Shown here one piece after another: positions 7,194-14,863 of a stretch of 32,000 nucleotides of DNA. Source of the DNA: Cuniculiplasma divulgatum (GTDB lineage: Archaea; Thermoplasmatota; Thermoplasmata; Thermoplasmatales; Thermoplasmataceae); the NCBI RefSeq assembly GCF_900083515.1, contig NZ_LT671858.1:750001-782000 (forward strand), in the 5' to 3' direction. Numbering within the stretch: the first letter of the stretch is position 1; each line of letters starts with the position of its first letter. The translations under genes were made by a program, and so were the position numbers. The notes beneath the pieces are model-generated. The model did no database searches. It was not told the origin of the DNA and saw nothing but the letters and a program-made list of their open reading frames with translations.

Positions 7194-9098
7194 ATGCCTT
7201 TCAGATATGATATTGGTATCTCCTCTGGAAAGAGAATTCAGGGAGAAGGTATAGAGATTGGGAATGGAGCTTCAGGTTATCCATATTTAATTAATGCCCG
7301 ATCTCTGATGTTCCACACACTAATCACGGGTAGAACCGGAACTGGAAAATCCAATCTTCTATTAAATCTTTGCAAGAATATTCTTAAAGTAGAGAGTTCA
7401 AATATGATCGTAATAGACTTTCACGGTTCACTTTCAGACCATATTATTACAATGATAGATAACAAGAAACTGATCTATCTTGGGAGTTCACCAGATGGTA
7501 AAAGTGTTGTGAAAATGAATATATTAAAAGGTGCCTCCCAATCTTCTGTATCATTCTACCTTATACAGGAAATATTCTCCAGGGAATCTTCACTCTCAGG
7601 AGGAACATGGGGACCGAGATTACAAACCATATTCACTTCAGTACTGAGGGAAATATTACTAAGAGAGCCAGAAGCAACTTTAAGTGACTTCATGGACACA
7701 CTTCTTTCAAAGGAGATGATGAAATCGCTTTCTGCCAGTTGCACCAAGGAAAGCAGAAAAGTGATAGAAAATCTTATATCAAAATGGCAGTCATGGATAG
7801 AATATAGCTCCAGTTCAATAAATAAGTTATATCCAATTTTAAGTGATCCTAAGATAAAATCACTGGTTTCGTCAAGAAATGAAAGCGTAGATATTATAAA
7901 GGAACTGACTGAAGGTGATAAAGTAGTTGTAATAGACGTGTCAAAGACAAGATTTTCTACAACTCAAGGCAAAATAATTTCTTCACTAATACTAAACAGA
8001 ATCTGGACAGAAATCCTTAAAGAAGGAATAACTCCACAAACAATGATTGTAGCAGACGAGGCGCAGAATCTGAATTCTAGCGTGCTGTCTGAGATTCTAA
8101 GTGAGGGAAGAAAATTTAAAACCTACCTTACCGTAGCTTCTCAGTATCTGGATCAGTACGATCGATATACAAAGGGGTCTCTCCTTTCAAACTGTGGTTC
8201 GATTTACTCATTCAATGTATCTGAAAGGGACGCTATGGAAATCACTAACGTTATTACAAACAGAAAGAAGAAGACTGAAGCTTTAAAATCTATACTGCTC
8301 GGAACACCACATAATGTAACACACTTTAATTTCCTTTCGAAAAGTGGAATAGAAGTGGATAGTTTTATCCCTTACTTAATTGATACAAAGGTAAACAAAA
8401 TTGAAGTCGAATCTAGAGTAGGGGAAAGTTTAGATCTGTATGGTAACGATACAGATGAGGAGCCAATGTCAGAGATTTTAACTCTGCCTGATCATACTTA
8501 TTTATCAACATTTATGCTGCGGTTCCTTGAAAGTAGAGATATATTTCCAGAAAGAGAAAGAAAACTTAACAGTCTAAGACCAGATATTTTATTCTATTAC
8601 AACAACCGGCCTGTTGTTGTCGAAATTGAAGTTTCAGATGTGGGGAAGTTTTCAAGGGTAGTTGAAAAAGCCGTAAATTACAGTTCTTTAAAATTGATTT
8701 TTCTATGTGGGAGAAATATGGGCAGAATACTATATGAAAAATTTTGCAACAGAGACTCCATGCGAAATAGTCTTGAAAATCTGAAAATGAAAGGGTCCGG
8801 ATCATATTATGATTACAGGAACATTCTAATATGTGAGGAAAGAAATGGTATTCTGTACTTAGTTGTAGGTGGGAAACTGGTAAGATTTTCAATAGATAAA
8901 CTTGAAAATTACAGGACCTTCGTGGAACAGTCTGTCATGGGGTCATCTTTTATCGAGATCTGCATGAATGAAATGAGGAGAAAATCGGATTACTTTCTTT
9001 GTATTGAGGAAATAAACAAATTATGGGATAAAGCACATTATGCTGAATCCTTTAATTTTAGGAATGAAAGCATTACAATATTTGATTTATATAAATAA
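7194..9098 (+). CDS. FtsK/HerA-superfamily P-loop NTPase (DUF87/AAA_10/TrwB-VirD4-like core) with an additional C-terminal domain of about 200 aa
   Basis: Walker A is HTLITGRTGTGKSN (GRTGTGKS = nt 7329-7352). Walker B is TMIVADEAQNL (8043-8060). It is followed by EGRKFKTYLTVASQYLDQY....GSIYSFNVSERDA, the pattern seen in TrwB/TraD/VirD4 and HerA-like ATPases. No TM segments. Residues from about 430 to 634 lie outside the ATPase core. Confidence 0.85.
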   Translation: MPFRYDIGISSGKRIQGEGIEIGNGASGYPYLINARSLMFHTLITGRTGTGKSNLLLNLCKNILKVESSNMIVIDFHGSLSDHIITMIDNKKLIYLGSSPDGKSVVKMNILKGASQSSVSFYLIQEIFSRESSLSGGTWGPRLQTIFTSVLREILLREPEATLSDFMDTLLSKEMMKSLSASCTKESRKVIENLISKWQSWIEYSSSSINKLYPILSDPKIKSLVSSRNESVDIIKELTEGDKVVVIDVSKTRFSTTQGKIISSLILNRIWTEILKEGITPQTMIVADEAQNLNSSVLSEILSEGRKFKTYLTVASQYLDQYDRYTKGSLLSNCGSIYSFNVSERDAMEITNVITNRKKKTEALKSILLGTPHNVTHFNFLSKSGIEVDSFIPYLIDTKVNKIEVESRVGESLDLYGNDTDEEPMSEILTLPDHTYLSTFMLRFLESRDIFPERERKLNSLRPDILFYYNNRPVVVEIEVSDVGKFSRVVEKAVNYSSLKLIFLCGRNMGRILYEKFCNRDSMRNSLENLKMKGSGSYYDYRNILICEERNGILYLVVGGKLVRFSIDKLENYRTFVEQSVMGSSFIEICMNEMRRKSDYFLCIEEINKLWDKAHYAESFNFRNESITIFDLYK

Positions 9099-9120
9099 TT
9101 TAGTATAATTAATAGATAAT

Positions 9121-9137
9121 TGACCTTATTAAGGTCA
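9121..9137. repeat. 17-bp perfect palindrome TGACCTTA-T-TAAGGTCA
   Basis: Read directly: tgaccttattaaggtca, with 8-bp arms around one central base. It sits between the ATPase stop (9098) and the TATA-like box of the next gene. Possible operator or weak hairpin; the function is not established. Confidence 0.4.
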
Positions 9138-9145
9138 GAAATATA

Positions 9146-9152
9146 TTTATAA
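9146..9152 (+). promoter_or_regulatory. TATA-box-like element (TTTATAA) for the heme-oxygenase-like gene; leaderless geometry
   Basis: tttataa is centred about 24 nt upstream of the ATG at 9173, the spacing expected for an archaeal leaderless transcript. Confidence 0.3.
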
Positions 9153-9172
9153 GGCATTTGACATGTAAAATT

Positions 9173-9871
9173 ATGATATCTGAAGAGGTAAATGAAAATA
9201 ACTTCTATAAGAAGACATATGAGTTTGTAAAAAAGCATAGCGCCATAGACAATGAGTTCATAAACAGATTTGCAAAAGGTGATATTAGTGTAGAAGAATT
9301 TAAACGTTTTTCTGTGGAATTCTTCCACTTTACCAGGGAGTGGCCAGCAATTCTCTCAACCTTGCTGGTTAACACTCCAGATGAGTCAGATGCTGCTAAC
9401 CTTACAACTATTCTCGTTTCAGAACTCGGTGATATGGATCCAACCAAGAGACATGAACTTTTATACAGAAAGTACCTTAGAAGTCTCAATATGGAACCCA
9501 CATCCCTTGTTAAGGCTAAGCAACTACCAACAACAAAGGCTTGGCTAGACGGTATGAGAAACTATTTTTCATCAGATTACTATGAAGCACTTGGAGCGGA
9601 ATTTGGTCTTGAAAATATGGCTATTCCAATGTGGGACAAAATACTTTCAGGTTTCAAAATCTTCACGCAGAAACATCCTGAATTCAAGGGTGTTGACATA
9701 GAGTACTTCACATTTCACAGAGAACTTGAAGAACACCACGAAGAGGCAATGGAAGATGTTCTTGGAACTCACAAGAGTGATCCAGATGCAAGGGAGAAAT
9801 TTTTCAAGGGAGCAAAAGGAATACTTGATCTGGAAAAGAATTTCTGGCTAGGACTTTCGGATAAACACTGA
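9173..9871 (+). CDS. heme-oxygenase-like fold, iron-containing redox enzyme family protein (CADD/PqqC/TenA-like)
   Basis: FINRFAKGDISVEEFKRFSVEFFHFTREWP, ILVSELGDMDPTKRHELLYRKYLRSLNM and FHRELEEHHEEAM match the E..G.G....H..L and E..H di-metal ligand pattern of this family. The ORF is open from a TTG at 9158, but the ATG at 9173 fits the promoter geometry. Confidence 0.75.
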   Translation: MISEEVNENNFYKKTYEFVKKHSAIDNEFINRFAKGDISVEEFKRFSVEFFHFTREWPAILSTLLVNTPDESDAANLTTILVSELGDMDPTKRHELLYRKYLRSLNMEPTSLVKAKQLPTTKAWLDGMRNYFSSDYYEALGAEFGLENMAIPMWDKILSGFKIFTQKHPEFKGVDIEYFTFHRELEEHHEEAMEDVLGTHKSDPDAREKFFKGAKGILDLEKNFWLGLSDKH

Positions 9872-9899
9872 AATAAAGATAATCTGGGAAATCTCAACC

Positions 9900-9910
9900 T
9901 TTATTTTTTT
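9900..9910 (+). terminator. oligo-T tract (TTTATTTTTTT), candidate archaeal terminator
   Basis: A run of 7 T preceded by TTTA lies 29 nt after the stop at 9869-9871. Archaeal RNA polymerase terminates at oligo-T tracts. Confidence 0.35.
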
Positions 9911-10007
9911 AAGAATCTTTTGTCCATAACTGAGGTTTTGTAATTTATGTTCTTTTACAAAAGGCGAAAAACATTAAATTATATTGAGGTCTTTTCCAGT
10001 GTAGAAG

Positions 10008-10550
10008 ATGAAAGTCTATTTTGTAAGACACGGTGAAACAGAGTGGAACCGGGAGGGAAGATGGCAGGGGAGTTTTGACATTGGTCTGTCGGAAGAAGGT
10101 AAAAAACAAGCTTTAGATGCTTCATCGCAGTTTGAAAATAAGCCCGTAGATGCCATATATTCAAGTGATCTCAAAAGGGCATATGAAACCGCACAATTCA
10201 TTAGTGCTAGGACAGGATTAAAGAATATAATACGAGATCCAAGACTACGTGAAAGAAGACTGGGGGAGATAGAAGGTAAAACATCGTTGGAGGTATCACA
10301 GTTATTATCGATGAACATTAATCTTCTAGATATAATAGGCAAAGATCTACCTGTAGATGGAATGGAACCACTCAAGAGTCAGTTTGATAGAGCCAGCCAA
10401 TTTATAAACGATCTTAGAAAAAGTGATTATAAAAATACGGTTGTGGTCTCACACGGGGTGACCATAGGAATAATGATCGAAATCATTACCGGAGAAGATT
10501 TTAGAAAGAGAAAGATTGGAAATTGCGAAATTATTGAGGTAGTAGTTTAA
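10008..10550 (+). CDS. histidine phosphatase family protein (phosphoglycerate mutase-like / possible alpha-ribazole phosphatase)
   Basis: MKVYFVRHGETEWNREGRWQG is the RHG catalytic motif. SSDLKRAYETA and VVSHG are the downstream conserved blocks. Confidence 0.9.
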   Translation: MKVYFVRHGETEWNREGRWQGSFDIGLSEEGKKQALDASSQFENKPVDAIYSSDLKRAYETAQFISARTGLKNIIRDPRLRERRLGEIEGKTSLEVSQLLSMNINLLDIIGKDLPVDGMEPLKSQFDRASQFINDLRKSDYKNTVVVSHGVTIGIMIEIITGEDFRKRKIGNCEIIEVVV

Positions 10551-10557
10551 CATTACT

Positions 10558-10995
10558 TTAATAAATGGCACCAAGTGCCATGAATATAAGTGTTAAAACT
10601 GCAAAAGTAAGTTCCAGAGTCACGTATTTCTTAAGATCCTTTCCCTTTTCTGGATTAATATGCTTCGCAAGTCTCATCGCAAATCCCTCACCGAATATCA
10701 CATATGATACGATGGCAAAAAGGATGCCAATGGAAAGCAGTATACCACCTGTAGAATTAAAGCTAAAAGAAGCATGCAAATATCCAGTCAGGGCAGCCAC
10801 TATAATACCTAATAATATGGCAAGACCACCCATCATTCTTGAAACATTACCGGAAACCATCAATCTACCAGCCCTTTCTTCAGAGGGAGAAGATAAATAT
10901 GCTGAAACTGCCGTATAAAACCAGAATATCATAATTATCCACAGGACTCCAATAACTCCGTGTACTTCAGCGAGTGCCCTGAACGTTGTATCCAT
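10558..10995 (-). CDS. small integral membrane protein (145 aa, about 4 TM), unknown family
   Basis: ATG ORF with four clear hydrophobic helices (VIGVLWIIMIFWFY, GGLAILLGIIVAALTGY, GGILLSIGILFAIVSYVIF, LTFAVLTLIFMALGAIY). The + strand ORF at 10565-10918 is its shadow. Confidence 0.7.
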   Translation of the reverse strand: MDTTFRALAEVHGVIGVLWIIMIFWFYTAVSAYLSSPSEERAGRLMVSGNVSRMMGGLAILLGIIVAALTGYLHASFSFNSTGGILLSIGILFAIVSYVIFGEGFAMRLAKHINPEKGKDLKKYVTLELTFAVLTLIFMALGAIY

Positions 10996-11366
10996 TTTAA
11001 ATCAGATCTAAATCATGTCTAGCCTATTATAATTTTTTAATCTAAATATTTAGAATTTATTTCTTAAGCAAAGATAAAAAAATCATTTTATTTTTTCAAA
11101 CCAACAACAAGATGAGATACTAGATTAAACTAAATCTTAAATTAATCAACAAATACTGTCACACTCAAATTCAGTCTAAGTCGCAAAAATGATATAGAGA
11201 GTTTTGACCTAAAAATACAAATTTCTGAAAGTAACGCTGGACTCTGTTAAGTTTTGAGATTTACAAAAATGCGTTGGAATAAATTATGAGGTGGAATTCA
11301 TTTTGCATTATGGCTTTCTATTTCTGGAATAATTTGGGGAAAAATTGTCTAAATTTCCACAATAGA

Positions 11367-11375
11367 TTTAATATT
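11367..11375 (+). promoter_or_regulatory. TATA-box-like element (TTTAATATT) for the PPC/DUF296 gene
   Basis: Centred about 23 nt upstream of the ATG at 11394. This supports the short start rather than the 11286 start in the track. Confidence 0.3.
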
Positions 11376-11393
11376 TGTAAAACATACTACAAT

Positions 11394-11810
11394 ATGCAAC
11401 ACAGAAAAGACGGAAACTTCGTTATAGTGAAGCTAGATGAAGGGGAGGATATAATAAAATCACTGGAAAAGGTTCTGGTTGAAGAAAATATAAAGAACGG
11501 TTTTATAGTTTCAGGAATAGGAGCTGGAGTTGAGCTTGAGATTGGTTATCTGAGAGGAAAAACCTATGAGAGAGAAATATTCAGTCCGCCAATGGAAATC
11601 ACATCATTTTCCGGAAGCATAACTGAGGGAGACCCAAAGATGCACATCCATATCAACGCAGCAGGACCTGATCATGTTACTTACGGGGGGCATCTTTTCA
11701 GTGGGAAAACAAAACCTCTAATGGAAATATTATTATTTTCCACAGAGTCAATAAAAATGACCAGGGAGTTAAAGGAAAGCAGTGGTATGAGAGAACTCAA
11801 GTTTCTCTGA
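11394..11810 (+). CDS. PPC (DUF296) domain protein
   Basis: FVIVKLDEGEDIIKSLEKVL...GFIVSGIGAGVELEIGY...SGSI.....MHIHINAAGPDHVTYGGHLFSG fits the PPC/DUF296 pattern (...hlH..l....G...GGHL). The 36 residues upstream in the track ORF (MRWNSFCIMAFYFWNN...) are N/F/C-rich and look non-coding. Confidence 0.8.
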   Translation: MQHRKDGNFVIVKLDEGEDIIKSLEKVLVEENIKNGFIVSGIGAGVELEIGYLRGKTYEREIFSPPMEITSFSGSITEGDPKMHIHINAAGPDHVTYGGHLFSGKTKPLMEILLFSTESIKMTRELKESSGMRELKFL

Positions 11811-12846
11811 TCAGTTCCCTGATCAGTTCAAGATGCCAGGGTTCCCTATTCTTCAATTTAGAGTATATTTCATCTGCATCCTTTTCTTCAACACCATATT
11901 TGGAAAGACTTTCACTAAATCCAAGGGATGCTATAAATTCTTTTACCAGGAAATAAGCATTTTCAGGATCCTCATCACTGACATTTTTTCCAGAAATTGT
12001 TGCTGCAATCTCTCTCATCGCCTCTGGAAACAGTGTGGAATAATGTTTCATAACAGCCGGGAGTGTTATGCAGGATGTAATTCCATGAGGAATCTCAAAT
12101 CTTGATCCAACAACTTTGCCTATGTTATGGCTTATTCCCATAGGAGAGTCATAGACCTGCCAGTAGGAGTACCAGGATGCTATCTGACACTTTAATCTGG
12201 ACTCCAGATCGTCCGATTCAAGATTATCAAATAGCAGTCGTATACCCTTTAATGCAGCGGTTCTAGAAATTTCCAGAAGATTTGGATGGATAATACTTTC
12301 AACGCAGTGATCCAAAGATCTTATGCCTGTAGATCTCCAGAGTCTTTCAGGGGTTTCAACCGTTATTTCTGGATCAAGTATTACTTCCTGAGGAGTGATC
12401 TTCTTATCTCTGATCCCATCCTTTTCTCCTCCTATGGTATATCCTGCGATGTGTGAAAATTCAGATGCAGATAATGTTGTTGGAACTGCAATATGCAGTG
12501 TTTCAATATCATAATAGTACTTTACCACCTTTGCAGCGTCAGTAACGCTTCCACCGCCAATCGAAAGTATTGAATCACAGTGATTGTTTCTGTAAACTTC
12601 CACAGCATGTTCTATTTCCTCCATTGGAGAATGCTGTGTTATCTGGTTCATGATGAAATAGTCTGTTCCAAGAATATTTAGGATTTTATTGAAACTTTTT
12701 GTTTTTGAAACTGAGTTACCAGTTATTATTAACAGTCTCTTCTTCCTTGTCTGGGTTAGAATAGAATTTATATTTGAAACAGAGCCCTTTCCATATGTTA
12801 CCCTGTTGATTGGAACATAATTAAATTCTTCTTTCACTGAAACCAC
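11797..12846 (-). CDS. iron-containing alcohol dehydrogenase family protein, maleylacetate reductase-like
   Basis: The N-terminal FNYVPINRVTYGKGSV resembles the maleylacetate reductase N-terminus. ILSIGGGSVTDAAK is the Fe-ADH nucleotide-binding block, and SLDHCVESI and IPHGITSCITLPAVMKH are the metal-His blocks. The GTG start at 12846 overlaps the hmgA 3' end by 13 nt. An alternative GTG at 12837 would give a GTGA start/stop overlap. Confidence 0.8.
   Translation of the reverse strand: MVSVKEEFNYVPINRVTYGKGSVSNINSILTQTRKKRLLIITGNSVSKTKSFNKILNILGTDYFIMNQITQHSPMEEIEHAVEVYRNNHCDSILSIGGGSVTDAAKVVKYYYDIETLHIAVPTTLSASEFSHIAGYTIGGEKDGIRDKKITPQEVILDPEITVETPERLWRSTGIRSLDHCVESIIHPNLLEISRTAALKGIRLLFDNLESDDLESRLKCQIASWYSYWQVYDSPMGISHNIGKVVGSRFEIPHGITSCITLPAVMKHYSTLFPEAMREIAATISGKNVSDEDPENAYFLVKEFIASLGFSESLSKYGVEEKDADEIYSKLKNREPWHLELIRELIRET
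11807..11829. repeat. 12-bp-period tandem duplication (CTGATCAGTTC x2)
   Basis: ctgatcagttc at 11807-11817 recurs at 11819-11829. On the minus strand it encodes the C-terminal ELIRELIR of the Fe-ADH protein. It spans the stop of the convergent PPC gene (TGA 11808-11810). Confidence 0.7.
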
Positions 12847-13976
12847 GATTTTGAATAGTCTGGATCTTCAATTTCTTTTCCCTTCTTTGTAAGGAATAGG
12901 TGATCATAAGTTTCAATCATTACTGCAACCTCATCAGTTCCCTCCTTGCCAATGGCATTCTCCACTGCTCCTGGTTGTGGACCGTGAATTATTCCTCTTA
13001 CATGAAGGGTAACAGAACCGGGCTCTATTCCTTTCCTGCTCATGAAGTTTCCTGAAGAATAGAAAAGGAATTCGTCCACATCTATATTATTGTGGTAATA
13101 TGAAATAGGTATGCTTTTTGAATTGAAGTCAAATTTTCTGGGTAGAAATGTGCCTACCATCATTGACCTAGAAGAAAATGTTTCATGAACAGGTGGGGGC
13201 ATATGGATCTTGCCAACTATGGGTGCCATTATATCTGTATTTATAGCATATGGGTAGAGATAGCCATCCCAGCCTTCCACATCAAGAGGATTATAATCCC
13301 TCTCTTCAATAACCATGTTGTTATCAAGTTCAACAAAAACCTGATAATTTCCAGTTTCGTCCTTTGGTTTCTGAAGTATTGGTACCCTTATGTTTCTTGT
13401 ATAGTATGGCGATCCCTCTTTTATCTGACCATAAAGGTTTAGATATCTCCTGGGAAGTGTTATATCATCCTTAGACTGGAATAAGAGAAAATAGGATTCT
13501 TTTGAACATTCTATTCTGAATGTAAGCCCCTTAGGTATGTATATATAATCTCTCGGTCCAAATTCAATATCTCCCAGTACCGATATTAATTTTCCCTTTC
13601 CATTATGCACAAACAGAAGCATATCATATATTCCATTCCTGTAAAAGTCCATGGTATTCTTTTCAGGTTTTAATATCTGAACCTTGATCCGGTCATTCAT
13701 TAGAATGGTTACTTTTCCATCTATAATCGTACCATTTCTTGGAATATCAGATGTTTTTAGATGTCTGTGTGAATACGGGGAATCATCAAGTGTCTCTTTC
13801 TGAATTTCCTTGCTAATGAATTTCTTCACTCTAGTAGGCTCGTTTATGTGGTAAAGGAGGCTATACGGCCCATCGAAACTCTCCTCACCAAACAACTCTT
13901 CTCTTCTCAATTTATTCCTATCTTCATATGTGTGCCTGCTTTCAGGCATAACTCCCTGTTTTACATAAAACACCAT
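12834..13976 (-). CDS. hmgA: homogentisate 1,2-dioxygenase (short prokaryotic form)
   Basis: The cupin-type Fe site pattern YHNNIDVDEFLFY....GSVTLHVRGIIHGPQPG corresponds to the H....EF......SLH....HGP motif of homogentisate dioxygenases. The N-terminal ELFGEESFDGPYSLLYH is also typical. Confidence 0.88.
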   Translation of the reverse strand: MVFYVKQGVMPESRHTYEDRNKLRREELFGEESFDGPYSLLYHINEPTRVKKFISKEIQKETLDDSPYSHRHLKTSDIPRNGTIIDGKVTILMNDRIKVQILKPEKNTMDFYRNGIYDMLLFVHNGKGKLISVLGDIEFGPRDYIYIPKGLTFRIECSKESYFLLFQSKDDITLPRRYLNLYGQIKEGSPYYTRNIRVPILQKPKDETGNYQVFVELDNNMVIEERDYNPLDVEGWDGYLYPYAINTDIMAPIVGKIHMPPPVHETFSSRSMMVGTFLPRKFDFNSKSIPISYYHNNIDVDEFLFYSSGNFMSRKGIEPGSVTLHVRGIIHGPQPGAVENAIGKEGTDEVAVMIETYDHLFLTKKGKEIEDPDYSKSWFQ

Positions 13977-13977
13977 T

Positions 13978-14853
13978 TCAACTCACCTCATTTTTTAAAA
14001 TTCCTAAAGTTTCTGATCTTATTTCCACCATATCACCTGCCTGCAACCATCTTGTTTCAGGTTCATTCTTCTCAAAAAGGCACCCACCAGCCATAGTACC
14101 AGTCATTAAAATATCACCTTTTTTCAGGCAGCTATCCATCGAGCAGTACTCAATCATTTGACCTATACTGAAGTACATGTCCTTCATATTAGATCTCGAA
14201 AACGGTACACCATTTACGCTGGAATCCACATCTATATCGAATGTTTTTCCATTCCATTTTTTTGCTAGCTCATCTGTTGTGGTTATGTATGGACCTATGC
14301 TTGTTGCAAAATCCTTGGATTTAGAAGGCCCAAGATTAAGAGCAGCCTCTTTCCTCCATAGGTCTCTTGCACTCCAATCATTCATTAGCGTCAATCCATA
14401 GATATATTCCAGAGCCCTATTCTTTTCTATATTCCTCCCCTCCTTTCCAATTATTATTCCAATTTCAATTTCTAGATCCAGTTCACTGGTAAAAGAGGGC
14501 TTCGCTATTTTTTCACCACTAGGTCTCAAAGCATCCTTGTTAGTATAATAATATATAGGAATCTGGTACCACAAAGGATTCATTTCCAAACCTCTATTTT
14601 TTCTGGAATTTCTTACATGTTCTTCAAACGTATAGAAATCTCTTACCTGATTAACATCTTTCAATGGAATCAGCAAATTGTAACTTTCATTTACTAATTG
14701 AAATTCTGAAATATTGTCCAGCAAGGTCTTGTTGTTTAAATCAAATATGGACAGGTTATTCTTATAAAGATAATCAGACATTAAATAAGTGTCATTTCCC
14801 ATAAAAACAGCATACGAATCTGTTCCATGGTAAGAGATTCTACCTATCTTCAT
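13978..14853 (-). CDS. fumarylacetoacetate hydrolase family protein (candidate fumarylacetoacetase of the operon)
   Basis: LDLEIEIGIIIGKEG, GLTLMNDWSARDLW, GPSKSKDFATSIGPY and GDILMTGTMAGG are FAH-fold motifs. The stop lies 1 nt from the hmgA ATG. Confidence 0.85.
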   Translation of the reverse strand: MKIGRISYHGTDSYAVFMGNDTYLMSDYLYKNNLSIFDLNNKTLLDNISEFQLVNESYNLLIPLKDVNQVRDFYTFEEHVRNSRKNRGLEMNPLWYQIPIYYYTNKDALRPSGEKIAKPSFTSELDLEIEIGIIIGKEGRNIEKNRALEYIYGLTLMNDWSARDLWRKEAALNLGPSKSKDFATSIGPYITTTDELAKKWNGKTFDIDVDSSVNGVPFSRSNMKDMYFSIGQMIEYCSMDSCLKKGDILMTGTMAGGCLFEKNEPETRWLQAGDMVEIRSETLGILKNEVS

Positions 14854-14863
14854 ACTTATCTAA

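Noticed and set aside
7194-9098. Considered a conjugative/T4SS coupling protein or part of an integrated mobile element.
   Set aside because: It has no N-terminal TM anchor, which VirD4/TraD proteins have. No VirB4, relaxase, integrase, repeats or tRNA attachment site lie nearby, and I could judge composition only by eye and saw nothing unusual. The flanking genes are ordinary metabolic genes.
9038-9328. Track ORF of 96 aa on the - strand bridging the ATPase 3' end and the heme-oxygenase-like 5' end.
   Set aside because: It overlaps two supported + strand genes and their intergenic promoter. The composition is I/L/Y/F/K-rich, typical of translated AT-rich DNA.
9979-10164. Track ORF of 61 aa on the - strand over the start of the histidine phosphatase gene.
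   Set aside because: It is antisense to the RHGETEWN catalytic motif region, and no independent support exists.
11286-11393. N-terminal 36-codon extension of the PPC/DUF296 ORF as given in the track.
   Set aside because: The extension (MRWNSFCIMAFYFWNNLGKNCLNFHNRFNICKTYYN) is N/F/C-rich and unlike the rest of the protein. A TATA-like box at 11367-11375 lies within it, at leaderless distance from the ATG at 11394.
10996-11393. Considered a replication origin in the 400-bp AT-rich ORF-free spacer.
   Set aside because: There is no adjacent cdc6/orc1 gene and no clear ORB-like long inverted repeats, only short recurring A/T-rich words that could arise by chance.
13848-14096. Track ORF of 82 aa on the + strand across the hmgA/FAH junction.
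   Set aside because: It is antisense to two motif-supported genes of the homogentisate operon, and its sequence is low in complexity.
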